A stretch of DNA of 24,000 bases from contig CAURZJ010000002.1 of assembly GCA_963529635.1 (NCBI GenBank), positions 442,071 through 466,070 of the forward strand. The letters are read 5' to 3'. Within the stretch, counting starts at the first letter, position 1, and each line of letters starts with the position of its first letter. This document shows, in pieces, positions 14,198 through 23,030 of this stretch. The notes beneath the pieces are model-generated. The model did no database searches and had not been told where the DNA came from. It worked only from the letters and a program-made list of their open reading frames with translations. Made by a program: the position numbers and the translations under genes. The stretch comes from an uncultured Peptococcaceae bacterium (GTDB lineage Bacteria > Bacillota > Desulfitobacteriia > Desulfitobacteriales > Desulfitobacteriaceae).

Positions 14198-15940
14198 TTA
14201 TTTTTTAGCCTCTTTATAAAGCTTAAAGGTTAAGGTACCTCCTTCGACGGAACTACGAATGAGGAGATTTGCACCTGTTGTATTTTTGAATTTGAAATCA
14301 AGTATGGGATAAGCTACGGTTGCGTCCTGTCCGGGTGGAACATAACTAATGGGCAAGGTATGATGATGTCGTTCCAGTATTTCTAAATTGGCAAGAATAG
14401 CTGCATTATATAAGGTGGAAGAGACTTGGCAAATTCCTCCTCCAAGCCCTGGGGTAAAGACATCTCCTTCGATAATCAACGCCTCTTTATAACCCGCTTC
14501 AGCCGTTCGTTCTCCGACACTCCCATTGAAGGAGAACCGCTCTCCGGGTGCTAAGCGTTTCCCATCGAGAGCCTTTGCAGCAAGGCGAATATTCACGGTG
14601 CGATTAATCTGGCTAGCATCAAAATAGGTTGTGTATTGAGCGATGGGTAAAGGCTCTTTGACCGTAAGATTAAGTTTTACAGTAGTACCATATCCTTCGG
14701 CTGTTCCTTCATATACACTTGACCCTACTTTACTGGTATTTACAATCGTAGGATTCCACTTTACGGGCAAGGCAATAGGATCACTGTTGTAAAGTTTTGC
14801 TTGAACGGTCGTAGGTAAAGAGTAGCCTTCATTTTGTCTAACCTCTGCTGCTATATCCGCTATTGAATGAATACTTGTATCTTTCGCAGTTCCCGAAAGC
14901 AGGTCAAGCGAACTCTTAATTATTGCCTCCGTTACAACTCCACTGCCGCCAAATGAAACTAAGTTAGGACTAATCTTATTTTCGTAAAGTTTACTAAAAT
15001 AAGTGGCCACTGATTTTGGCAAAGTGGGCACGGAAGGGTCTATAAATATGATGGGATCCCCATTTTTGGCTGCTACGATACTACCCGCCATCGCATCCGC
15101 AAATCCGTAGCCTGTTGCGAGATAGACCGTCGATGGATTGGGTGAAAAAGTCTCAGCAATGTTAACATTAGTATCAAACCGAGATAGTCCTATCAGGCGC
15201 TCAACACTAGCTTGTGGCGCCCAATGACCGACTTCAGCTTCTAGATCCTCGGAAATTGCTCCTGTTCCCCCAGTAATGTATACTTTCGACGGCTTCTTTT
15301 CCAGTAAAAAGTTTTTGATTTCTAGAGGGAGTTTATCCTGAGGAGATAACAAAATCGGCCAGCCTTTATTCGCCGCAAAACTTGAGATACTTAAGGCATC
15401 TGGATATTGTTCTCCAGAGGATATCACAACTGTGGAAGCAGTAATCTCATGAAGCGAACGGGCTATTTGATAAGAGGTATCATATCTGTCCAAACCAGCA
15501 ATTCTCACAACTTTAGTAAAGCCAAAGGCAGTTAGCTTAGTCTCAAATTCAGTGCCTATTATTCCAGGACCGCCAATAATATAGACTGTTCCGGTTGAGT
15601 CGAGATGTTGACGGACATAGTCAAAGGCCTCCTTAGAGCGATCTACAGTAGCATCCACTAAGAGTATTGGGGCTTTTTTCTCTTGGGCTAGGACGCTAGC
15701 AGATAAAGCATCTGCAAATTCATTTCCAGTGGATAGGATAACGTTCTGAACCTTTCCACTGGCATAATACTCAGAGATTACCTTGGCAGTCTCATATCGT
15801 GTATCCCCAGAAAGCCTATCAGAACGAAGGTTTTGTGATATATCAGCTGAACTTGGATTGTTAGTAACAGCAAAAGCAGGCGTTCCTAAAAAAAGGTTAC
15901 CACATAAGATGAAACTTGTGACGATTCTCCTTTTATTCAC
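14198..15940 (-). CDS. Secreted, cell-wall-anchored protein with three CWB2 (cell wall binding 2) repeats and a C-terminal VanW domain
   Basis: A signal peptide (LFLGTPAFA-VT). The three CWB2-like units each start with RLSGDTRYETA, RIAGLDRYDTS and RLIGLSRFDTN. The VanW hallmark is GLGGGICQVSSTLYNAA. The start is GTG, preceded by GAAGGGGTG. Confidence 0.8.
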   Translation of the reverse strand: MNKRRIVTSFILCGNLFLGTPAFAVTNNPSSADISQNLRSDRLSGDTRYETAKVISEYYASGKVQNVILSTGNEFADALSASVLAQEKKAPILLVDATVDRSKEAFDYVRQHLDSTGTVYIIGGPGIIGTEFETKLTAFGFTKVVRIAGLDRYDTSYQIARSLHEITASTVVISSGEQYPDALSISSFAANKGWPILLSPQDKLPLEIKNFLLEKKPSKVYITGGTGAISEDLEAEVGHWAPQASVERLIGLSRFDTNVNIAETFSPNPSTVYLATGYGFADAMAGSIVAAKNGDPIIFIDPSVPTLPKSVATYFSKLYENKISPNLVSFGGSGVVTEAIIKSSLDLLSGTAKDTSIHSIADIAAEVRQNEGYSLPTTVQAKLYNSDPIALPVKWNPTIVNTSKVGSSVYEGTAEGYGTTVKLNLTVKEPLPIAQYTTYFDASQINRTVNIRLAAKALDGKRLAPGERFSFNGSVGERTAEAGYKEALIIEGDVFTPGLGGGICQVSSTLYNAAILANLEILERHHHTLPISYVPPGQDATVAYPILDFKFKNTTGANLLIRSSVEGGTLTFKLYKEAKK

Positions 15941-16071
15941 TAATGCTACACCCCTTCGATTTGGTACCTGATTATTATCTCATCAAGAAGAAGTGAAGCG
16001 TGTCGAAACGGACATTTTAATAAGGTACTTTAAATTAGCAAAAGTGTCCTATTTAAACGAATATGGGCCAA

Positions 16072-17046
16072 TCAGGGAGCATTTAACAAATGACAAGCGA
16101 CAAAGTGATTAGGAGAAACCTCTTTGAATTCAGGCTCCTTTAGCTTACATTGCTCAAGCGCCTTAAAGCAGCGGGATGAAAAACGGCAGCCTGCAGGCGG
16201 GTTAATGGGGCTGGGTACGTCACCCTCTAAAATGATGCGTTCCTTCTTCTTTTCTGGATTAATCACAGGGATAGCGGAAAGCAGCGCTTGGGTATAGGGG
16301 TGAAGAGGATTAGCGTAAAGCTCTTTCTTCGGTGCGATTTCCATGAGTTTTCCCAGATACATCACCCCAACTCGGTCACTGATATGTTTAACCACGTTCA
16401 AGCCATGGGCGATGAAGAGATAGGTCAGCCCGAACTCCTCCTTCAGGTCATCCAACAGATTCAATACCTGAGCTTGAATGGACACATCCAGGGCAGAGAC
16501 CGGTTCGTCACATACGATTAGCTTGGGCTCAACAGCCAGTGCGCGGGCAATCCCTACACGTTGTCGTTGTCCACCTGAGAATTCATGGGGATAACGGTTG
16601 CGTTGGTGGCGGGCTAGCCCCACACAGTTCAAGAGATAGATAACACGTTCTTCCACTTGATTCATAGGCAACAATTTATTGATGACGATCGGTTCAGCGA
16701 TGATGTCGCCGATGGTCATTTTAGGGTTTAAGGACGCGTAAGGGTCCTGAAAAATCATTTGAATATCCTTACAGTAAGAACGACGCTGCTCTTCGTTAAG
16801 AACCGTCAGTTCCTTTCCCTCAAAGATGATTTTACCACTCGTAGGGCTGTAAAGATTGACCAGGATTTTACCAAGCGTTGTTTTTCCGCAGCCGGATTCC
16901 CCAACTAGTCCAAACGCCTCTCCTTTATGTATATTTAAAGACACGCCGTCAACAGCTTTCAAATGCTTAACTGCCTTACCGAGGAAATTGGTATCGACTA
17001 CAAAGTGTTTAGCCAGGTTTTGGATATCCATCAAAACTTCACTCAT
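16072..17046 (-). CDS. Opp/Dpp/Nik-type ABC transporter ATP-binding protein (F-type), copy 1
   Basis: Walker A GESGCGKTT, signature FSGGQRQR and Walker B LIVCDEPVSALD. The C-terminal oligopeptide-type extension carries a Cys cluster (PAGCRFSSRC...C). The ATG overlaps the upstream gene's stop as ATGA. Confidence 0.9.
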   Translation of the reverse strand: MSEVLMDIQNLAKHFVVDTNFLGKAVKHLKAVDGVSLNIHKGEAFGLVGESGCGKTTLGKILVNLYSPTSGKIIFEGKELTVLNEEQRRSYCKDIQMIFQDPYASLNPKMTIGDIIAEPIVINKLLPMNQVEERVIYLLNCVGLARHQRNRYPHEFSGGQRQRVGIARALAVEPKLIVCDEPVSALDVSIQAQVLNLLDDLKEEFGLTYLFIAHGLNVVKHISDRVGVMYLGKLMEIAPKKELYANPLHPYTQALLSAIPVINPEKKKERIILEGDVPSPINPPAGCRFSSRCFKALEQCKLKEPEFKEVSPNHFVACHLLNAP

Positions 17047-18017
17047 CTTGCACCCAATCCCCCTTCCCTTGCTTCTTCATATAAGAAGCAGCGTACTTTA
17101 TGCCCGTCCACCACTCGTAGTTCCGGCATCTCTTGGGTACAACGCTCCATACTCCGCTCACAACGGTCAGAAAAAGGACAGCCCGAGGGCATATGGAGAG
17201 GATTAGGGACCATCCCTTTAATCATATACAAGCGTTCATCACTATCATCGTCGATTTGCGGAATAGAACGCAACAAGCCCATGGTGTAAGGATGCAAGGG
17301 ATTAACAAATAAACTCCTGACATCCGCTTCTTCCACGATTTTACCGCAGTACATGACGATAACACGGTCGGCCGCTTCCGAAACCACGCCCAAATCGTGG
17401 GTGATAAGCAAAACCGCCATATGGAACTTTTCACGCAACCGATAAAGTAGTTCAAGAATCTGGGCCTGAATCGTAACATCAAGCGCTGTCGTCGGTTCGT
17501 CGGCAATCAGAAGTTCAGGCTCACAAGCCAGTGCCATAGCCGTCATCACTCTCTGGCGCATCCCTCCACTCATTTGGTGGGGATAATCGTTGGCGCGCTC
17601 CTCTGGAGAGGGAATCCCTACAGTATCTAGCATTTCAAGGGTCTTGTCTAAAGCTTCCTTTTTAGAAACCTTCATATGGGTCATAATACTTTCCATAAGC
17701 TGATCCTTAATGCGCATGACCGGATTCAGTGAGGTCATTGGTTCTTGGAAAATCATCGAGATTTGATTGCCCCGAATTTTTTGCAGTTCTTTATTACTTA
17801 GCTTCGTTAAATCCTGAGATTTAAAGAGGATTTCTCCGCCTGCAATCCTACCCGGATTTTGTAAAAGTCCTATAATGGAAAGTGAAGTTACACTTTTTCC
17901 TGAGCCGGACTCACCGACGATGGCCAAAATTTCACCCTTATCTATGGAAAAGCTGATATCATCAACTGCTTTCACTATGCCACGCTTCAGCCTAAATTCC
18001 GTGCTTAAGTCTTTTAC
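16088..18017. repeat. Copy 1 of a duplicated ~1.9 kb segment covering the ATPase genes F and D, paralogous to 22072-24000
   Basis: It is collinear with copy 2 at offset +5984 in the F gene and +5983 in the D gene. Homology starts at aaatgacaagcgacaaagtgattagg near the F stop and runs to the window end. Confidence 0.95.
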
Positions 18018-18029
18018 TTCCAGCAACAT
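17043..18029 (-). CDS. Opp/Dpp/Nik-type ABC transporter ATP-binding protein (D-type), copy 1
   Basis: Walker [10 protein letters not shown], signature MSGGMRQR and Walker [13 protein letters not shown], plus a C-terminal Cys motif (SGCPFSDRC). I moved the start to [12 protein letters not shown] (18029), which follows GGTGAG. The ORF-track extension overlaps the permease gene. Confidence 0.9.
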   Translation of the reverse strand: MLLEVKDLSTEFRLKRGIVKAVDDISFSIDKGEILAIVGESGSGKSVTSLSIIGLLQNPGRIAGGEILFKSQDLTKLSNKELQKIRGNQISMIFQEPMTSLNPVMRIKDQLMESIMTHMKVSKKEALDKTLEMLDTVGIPSPEERANDYPHQMSGGMRQRVMTAMALACEPELLIADEPTTALDVTIQAQILELLYRLREKFHMAVLLITHDLGVVSEAADRVIVMYCGKIVEEADVRSLFVNPLHPYTMGLLRSIPQIDDDSDERLYMIKGMVPNPLHMPSGCPFSDRCERSMERCTQEMPELRVVDGHKVRCFLYEEAREGGLGAR

Positions 18030-18042
18030 ATTCTCACCGCCC

Positions 18043-18975
18043 TTATTTGATTCTGGACTTGGGATCAAGCGCATCTCGAAGCCCGTCTCCTAGCAGGTTA
18101 AAAGCCAGCACCGTAATCGTGATGGCAATACCGGGATAAATCAGCGTATAAGGTGCAGTAAAAATAAAGCCCCTAGCGCGGCCTAACATATCACCCCACT
18201 CTGCAAACGGCGGCTGGACACCCAGACCCAAAAAGCCCAGTGCTGCCGTGTCTAGGACAGCGGTCGAAATCCCTAGAGTCGCTCTGACAACAATCACTGA
18301 AATGACATTGGGCAAAATATGCTTATAAATAATCCTGCTAGGCTTATTCCCGATGACTTTAGCGGCTTGAACATAATCATTCTCCTTAACAGAGAGAATA
18401 CTTCCGCGCACAAGGCGTGCATACTCCGGAATGGACACGAGTCCGATAGCAATAATAGCTTTGTCTAAGCCTTTACCTAAAGCTGCCATGAACGCGATGG
18501 CCAGCAAAATCGACGGAATTGCTAACATCATGTCCATAACCCTCATGATTACGGTATCTGTCTTGCCACCGCGATAACCTGCAATGGCTCCAAAGATAAC
18601 ACCACTGGTCAATGAAATAGCAACGGCTGAAACGCCTACAAACAAGGAAATTTTTGTTCCATCCAAAATTCTACTGAACATATCTCGGCCCAATTGATCT
18701 GTCCCGAACCAGTGCTCGGCATTAGGTGAGATAAAACTCTTGCTCATGTCGGAATAATTGGGATCATAAGGCAGTATTTGCTTGCCCAACAACTCACTTA
18801 GCCATACGGTCAGGGCAATAAGCACCAAGCATCCGATGATAAAGAGCCCGACTACAGCTGCTTTGTTCTGTCTCAGAGTTTCCCACATAGCTTTAAGCTG
18901 TGATTCCGGTTTTTCCACGTATTCTGCAGCCTGTTGCGGATTGTTATCCAGATTCGAGATTTTTTCAATTTGCAT
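18043..18975 (-). CDS. Opp/Dpp-type ABC transporter permease (C-type)
   Basis: Six TM helices with a BPD-transport EAA-like loop (YVQAAKVIGNKPSRIIYKHILPN). It has the long N-terminal cytoplasmic tail typical of OppC/DppC. Confidence 0.9.
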   Translation of the reverse strand: MQIEKISNLDNNPQQAAEYVEKPESQLKAMWETLRQNKAAVVGLFIIGCLVLIALTVWLSELLGKQILPYDPNYSDMSKSFISPNAEHWFGTDQLGRDMFSRILDGTKISLFVGVSAVAISLTSGVIFGAIAGYRGGKTDTVIMRVMDMMLAIPSILLAIAFMAALGKGLDKAIIAIGLVSIPEYARLVRGSILSVKENDYVQAAKVIGNKPSRIIYKHILPNVISVIVVRATLGISTAVLDTAALGFLGLGVQPPFAEWGDMLGRARGFIFTAPYTLIYPGIAITITVLAFNLLGDGLRDALDPKSRIK

Positions 18976-18981
18976 ACCAAG

Positions 18982-19998
18982 CTACACCTCTTTTGTAGAA
19001 TATTTAATACGTGGATCGAGGAAGGCATAAATCACATCGACGACTAAGTTCATAAGCACGAAAATAGCAGCGACGAGCAGGACCACACCCTGGACCACAG
19101 GAAAATCCGACTTCAGAATGCAGGCCACAGTATAAGCGCCAATTCCTGGCCAGGAGAAAACAGTTTCGGTTAAAACGGCACCGCCGAGAAGACTACCCAG
19201 CTGTAAACCGATCACTGTGACAATAGGAATCAGGCCGTTTCGCAAGGCATGCTTGTAGACCACCCGGCCCTCCGAGATTCCTTTGGCCCGTGCAGTGCGG
19301 ATAAAATCCTGCTGCAAGGTATCCAGCATACTCGAACGCGTCATGCGGGTAATGATTGCCATAGAATACATAGCTAGGGCACTTGCTGGGAGGATAAGAT
19401 GCCGTAGAGCGTCCACAAAAGTGTTCTTGTCACCTGTCAGCAGGCTGTCAAGCAGATAAAATCCGGAAATGTGTATGGGCTGTAACAAAGGGTTAATTCT
19501 TCCGTTCGAGGGAAGCCAGTGTAAACTTCCTGAAAATAAAATAATGAGTAAAATACCGAGCCAAAAAATAGGCATAGAAACACCAACCAGAGCCAGAAGC
19601 ATACCGGCATTGTCCACAAGTGAGTTCTTTTTAACTGCTGAAATCACTCCAATGAGGATACCGAAAAAAGAGGCAATGATAATAGCCACAATTGCGAGCT
19701 CAATCGTCGCTGGAAAACGGGCAAATATCTCTTTTGTAACTGGCGTCTTGGTATAGTAAGATGTACCCAAGTCGCCTGTCAGAGCACCTACGAGAAAATG
19801 AAAGTACTGAAGATAGATTGGATCATTTAAACCGTTGGCTTGACGCCACGCCTCAGTAGCCTGCTGCGTTGCGTGCTGGCCCAAAACAATCGGAGCAGGA
19901 TCCGGTGAAAAAACGCGCATGATGAGGAATACAATGATGGATACCCCTAGTAATACGGGAATTAACATCAAGATACGATTAATGATATATTTGAGCAT
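18982..19998 (-). CDS. Opp/Dpp-type ABC transporter permease (B-type)
   Basis: The N-terminus MLKYIINRILMLIPVLLGVS is canonical for OppB/DppB. The EAA loop is FIRTARAKGISEGRVVYKHALRN. I placed the start at the ATG at 19998, which follows GAAAGG plus 9 nt. Confidence 0.9.
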   Translation of the reverse strand: MLKYIINRILMLIPVLLGVSIIVFLIMRVFSPDPAPIVLGQHATQQATEAWRQANGLNDPIYLQYFHFLVGALTGDLGTSYYTKTPVTKEIFARFPATIELAIVAIIIASFFGILIGVISAVKKNSLVDNAGMLLALVGVSMPIFWLGILLIILFSGSLHWLPSNGRINPLLQPIHISGFYLLDSLLTGDKNTFVDALRHLILPASALAMYSMAIITRMTRSSMLDTLQQDFIRTARAKGISEGRVVYKHALRNGLIPIVTVIGLQLGSLLGGAVLTETVFSWPGIGAYTVACILKSDFPVVQGVVLLVAAIFVLMNLVVDVIYAFLDPRIKYSTKEV

Positions 19999-20020
19999 CA
20001 GCAACAACCTTTCGATAAAA

Positions 20021-20050
20021 ACAAAACCGGGAACCGGTATAAAACCGGTC
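20021..20050 (-). promoter_or_regulatory. Intercistronic hairpin or partial terminator between the binding-protein gene and the permease genes
   Basis: On the minus strand, three CCGG blocks (20048-45, 20037-34, 20030-27) can form alternative short GC stems. The last is followed by ttttgttttt. The position is typical of SBP-transcript attenuation or stabilisation in ABC operons. Confidence 0.4.
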
Positions 20051-20205
20051 CTCGGCAGTTTAGATAATTAGACTCTACCGGAGTTTTCCCATGACTAACC
20101 GCCACTAAGGCTCACATCTTCTTGTGGGAGATAAGTGGCGCTAAGCCCTGGATAACTCAACTAAACTTCAGATGTAGTCAATACTCCACCTGAAGTAAGT
20201 TTCCT

Positions 20206-21780
20206 TTATTTCTTGGATACCCCAGCAAACGGTGTAATACCTGTCATATGGAAATAGAAATTTTGAACACTGGGCTTATAGGCACAAAGTGTTTGGGCAT
20301 GAGAAATCGGAAGCCACGCAGCATCAGCAGCGGCAATTTTCTCGAGTTGGGTATAGATTGCATTGCGTTGAGCTCCCGCTGGAGTAACTAACCCTTTTTC
20401 AATTAAGCTATTAAATTCAGCATTTTTATAGAGAGCGATATTCATTGATGCGTCATCAACGGATAAGAGGTACATGAAATTGTCCGGGTCCCCATTATCA
20501 CCGATCCAACCATAGAAGGCAATATCATAGTCGCCTGCTTTCACTTTCTGCTTATACGTGGTCCAGTCATAGGAATCAATCGTAACCTTTACACCAACTT
20601 TGGAGAGATAACCTTGAATAGCTTCCCCTAGGACCTGGCCAGTAGCAGCATTGTAAGGTCTTGGGTTTGTATAAGTAATCATATGCAAAGAGGTTAATCC
20701 GGCATCTTTCAACGTCTTAGCAGCAGCGGTGGGATCATAAGCAACTTGGGAGATGCCCTTGTCATACCCTTCCATAAAGGTCGGGAGAATGGAAGTCGCG
20801 GTTTCGGAATAGCCCTGATACAGGCTCTTCACCATTTCCGGGACATTAATGGCCTGAGAAATAGCTACTCTAAGTTTTTGATCGTTAAAAGGCTTCTTAG
20901 AAGTGTTGTAAGCCATGTAGTTGATATTCATGCCCGGGGCTTGGAAGACCTTATTCCCAGCATCAGTAATCTGCTTAACGACGGTCGCATCGATACCATC
21001 GATGATATCTGCCTCACCGTTGTTGAGGGCCACAACCCGAGCTGAGTTGTCCTTAATGAATTTAAAGATAACATTCTTGGTTAAAGCCTTAGTGCCCCAA
21101 TATTGATCATTGCGGACTAAGACGATGCTTTGATCCTTATCCCATTTAACAAACTTATAAGGGCCAGTGCCGACAGGAGTTTGGTTAACATTATTGTTAT
21201 TGTCCTTTAATGCCTTAGGGCTAACAATCGGCGCAGCCATAATCATGGCCAAATTCGCAAGGAACGGTGTACTGGGAGCAGTCAAATTCACTTTAACCGT
21301 CTTCTTGTCTACGACTTCCACGTTTTTTACAGAACCGTAGACGAAAGAAGCATAGGCCATATCTTGCGTCACCTGTGGTGGTAACTGGCGATCGATATTG
21401 ACCTTCACAGCGTCAGCATCAAAATCTGTACCATCCTGGAACTTAACACCCTCTTGAAGATGGAAGGTGTAGGTTAGCCCGTCAGTACTGACATCCCAGC
21501 TTTTAGCTAAGGAAGGCTCGACCTTAGTAGAATCCTTATTGTACTTCAAAAGCCCTTCGTAAATATTACTCATGACCTTCGCAGACTCACCGTCATCAAC
21601 GAGTGAGGGATCTAGACCTCTAGGCTCTGCACCCTGAGCATAAATCAGCGTATCATTGGGATTGGGTGCGCTGTTACTCGGTGCGCTGCTCGTTGTGCTG
21701 CTGCCGCCACAACCTGTTAAGGAAACACCAATTAGTGCTGTGGCCAGAGCGAGAGCAATAAACTTCTTTACTCTTCTCAT
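20206..21780 (-). CDS. ABC transporter substrate-binding lipoprotein, family 5 (peptide/nickel type)
   Basis: A lipoprotein signal with the lipobox LTGC, followed by a Ser/Thr-rich linker. The mature domain is about 500 aa with family-5 blocks (LVRNDQYWG, AYNTSKKPFND). The RBS is GGAGGT. Confidence 0.9.
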   Translation of the reverse strand: MRRVKKFIALALATALIGVSLTGCGGSSTTSSAPSNSAPNPNDTLIYAQGAEPRGLDPSLVDDGESAKVMSNIYEGLLKYNKDSTKVEPSLAKSWDVSTDGLTYTFHLQEGVKFQDGTDFDADAVKVNIDRQLPPQVTQDMAYASFVYGSVKNVEVVDKKTVKVNLTAPSTPFLANLAMIMAAPIVSPKALKDNNNNVNQTPVGTGPYKFVKWDKDQSIVLVRNDQYWGTKALTKNVIFKFIKDNSARVVALNNGEADIIDGIDATVVKQITDAGNKVFQAPGMNINYMAYNTSKKPFNDQKLRVAISQAINVPEMVKSLYQGYSETATSILPTFMEGYDKGISQVAYDPTAAAKTLKDAGLTSLHMITYTNPRPYNAATGQVLGEAIQGYLSKVGVKVTIDSYDWTTYKQKVKAGDYDIAFYGWIGDNGDPDNFMYLLSVDDASMNIALYKNAEFNSLIEKGLVTPAGAQRNAIYTQLEKIAAADAAWLPISHAQTLCAYKPSVQNFYFHMTGITPFAGVSKK

Positions 21781-21842
21781 TTCTTACCTCCTAATTCTCC
21801 CTTGTAATAGAATACCTGGAATTTATACCATATTTTACTATA

Positions 21843-21871
21843 ACTATAGTAATTCCAGAATAGTATGTCAA
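21843..21871 (-). promoter_or_regulatory. SigA promoter of ABC operon 1
   Basis: On the minus strand: TTGACA (21871-21866), a 17-nt spacer, then TATAGT (21848-21843). It lies about 62 nt upstream of the binding-protein ATG. Confidence 0.6.
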
Positions 21872-21923
21872 TATTTTAATTTACGAATTAAATAGTATGG
21901 GTTTTAGGACATTAACCCTATTA

Positions 21924-21963
21924 CAAGAAAACGGGTTCAGCGATTATTTACGCTGAACCCGTT
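21924..21963 (-). terminator. Rho-independent terminator ending ABC operon 2
   Basis: A perfect 13-bp stem, aacgggttcagcg / cgctgaacccgtt, with an 8-nt loop. It is followed on the minus strand by ttcttg, giving the U-rich run ttttctt. Confidence 0.85.
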
Positions 21964-22061
21964 CGTTAACTTGTTACTGAAATTCAATATATTTATATTA
22001 ACATGCTACTTTATATTTCATGCCACTCAATGCCGTAATACAATTTGAACCCACTCTAAAT

Positions 22062-23030
22062 TCAAGCAAATAAATGACAAGCGACAAAGTGATTAGGAGA
22101 AACCTCTTTTAAAGCAGGCTCCTTAAGCTTACATTGCTCAAACGCCTTAAAGCAACGGGAAGAAAAACGGCAGCCTGCCGGAGGATTAATGGGGCTGGGT
22201 ACGTCACCCTCTAAAATGATGCGTTCCTTCTTCTTTTCCGGATTAATCACGGGAATAGCAGAAAGCAGAGCTTGTGTATAGGGGTGAAGTGGATTGGCGT
22301 AGAGCTCTTTCTTTGGTGCGATTTCCATGAGTTTTCCCAGATACATCACCCCAACTCGGTCACTGATATGTTTAACCACGTTCAAGCCATGGGCGATGAA
22401 GAGATAGGTCAGCCCGAACTCCTCCTTCAGGTCATCCAACAGATTCAATACCTGAGCTTGAATGGACACATCCAGGGCAGAGACCGGTTCGTCACAGACA
22501 ATCAGCTTCGGCTCCACAGCCAGTGCGCGGGCAATCCCTACACGTTGGCGTTGTCCACCGGAGAATTCATGGGGATAACGGTTACGTTGGTGGCGAGCTA
22601 GCCCGACACAGTTGAGAAGATAAATAACACGTTCTTCTACCTGATTCATCGGCAACAATTTATTGATAATGATCGGTTCAGCGATGATGTCGCCAATGGT
22701 CATTTTAGGATTTAAGGACGCGTAAGGGTCCTGGAAAATCATTTGGATATCCTTACAGTAAGAACGACGCTGCTCTTCGTTCAGAGCCGTCAGATCCTTT
22801 CCCTCAAAGAGGATTTTACCACTCGTAGGGCTGTAAAGATTGACCAGGATTTTACCAAGCGTTGTTTTTCCGCAGCCGGATTCCCCAACAAGCCCAAACG
22901 CCTCTCCTTTTTTAATGTTAAGAGATACGCCATCAACAGCTTTTAAGACATTGACTGGTTTACCTAGGAAATTGGTATCGACCACAAAGTGCTTAGCCAG
23001 GTTTTGGATATCCATTAATACTTCACTCAT
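22062..23030 (-). CDS. Opp/Dpp/Nik-type ABC transporter ATP-binding protein (F-type), copy 2
   Basis: It is nearly identical in protein sequence to copy 1. The start at [15 protein letters not shown] (ATG 23030) is set by alignment with copy 1. The ORF-track entry to 23144 is a read-through extension into the 3' end of the D gene. Confidence 0.9.
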   Translation of the reverse strand: MSEVLMDIQNLAKHFVVDTNFLGKPVNVLKAVDGVSLNIKKGEAFGLVGESGCGKTTLGKILVNLYSPTSGKILFEGKDLTALNEEQRRSYCKDIQMIFQDPYASLNPKMTIGDIIAEPIIINKLLPMNQVEERVIYLLNCVGLARHQRNRYPHEFSGGQRQRVGIARALAVEPKLIVCDEPVSALDVSIQAQVLNLLDDLKEEFGLTYLFIAHGLNVVKHISDRVGVMYLGKLMEIAPKKELYANPLHPYTQALLSAIPVINPEKKKERIILEGDVPSPINPPAGCRFSSRCFKAFEQCKLKEPALKEVSPNHFVACHLFA

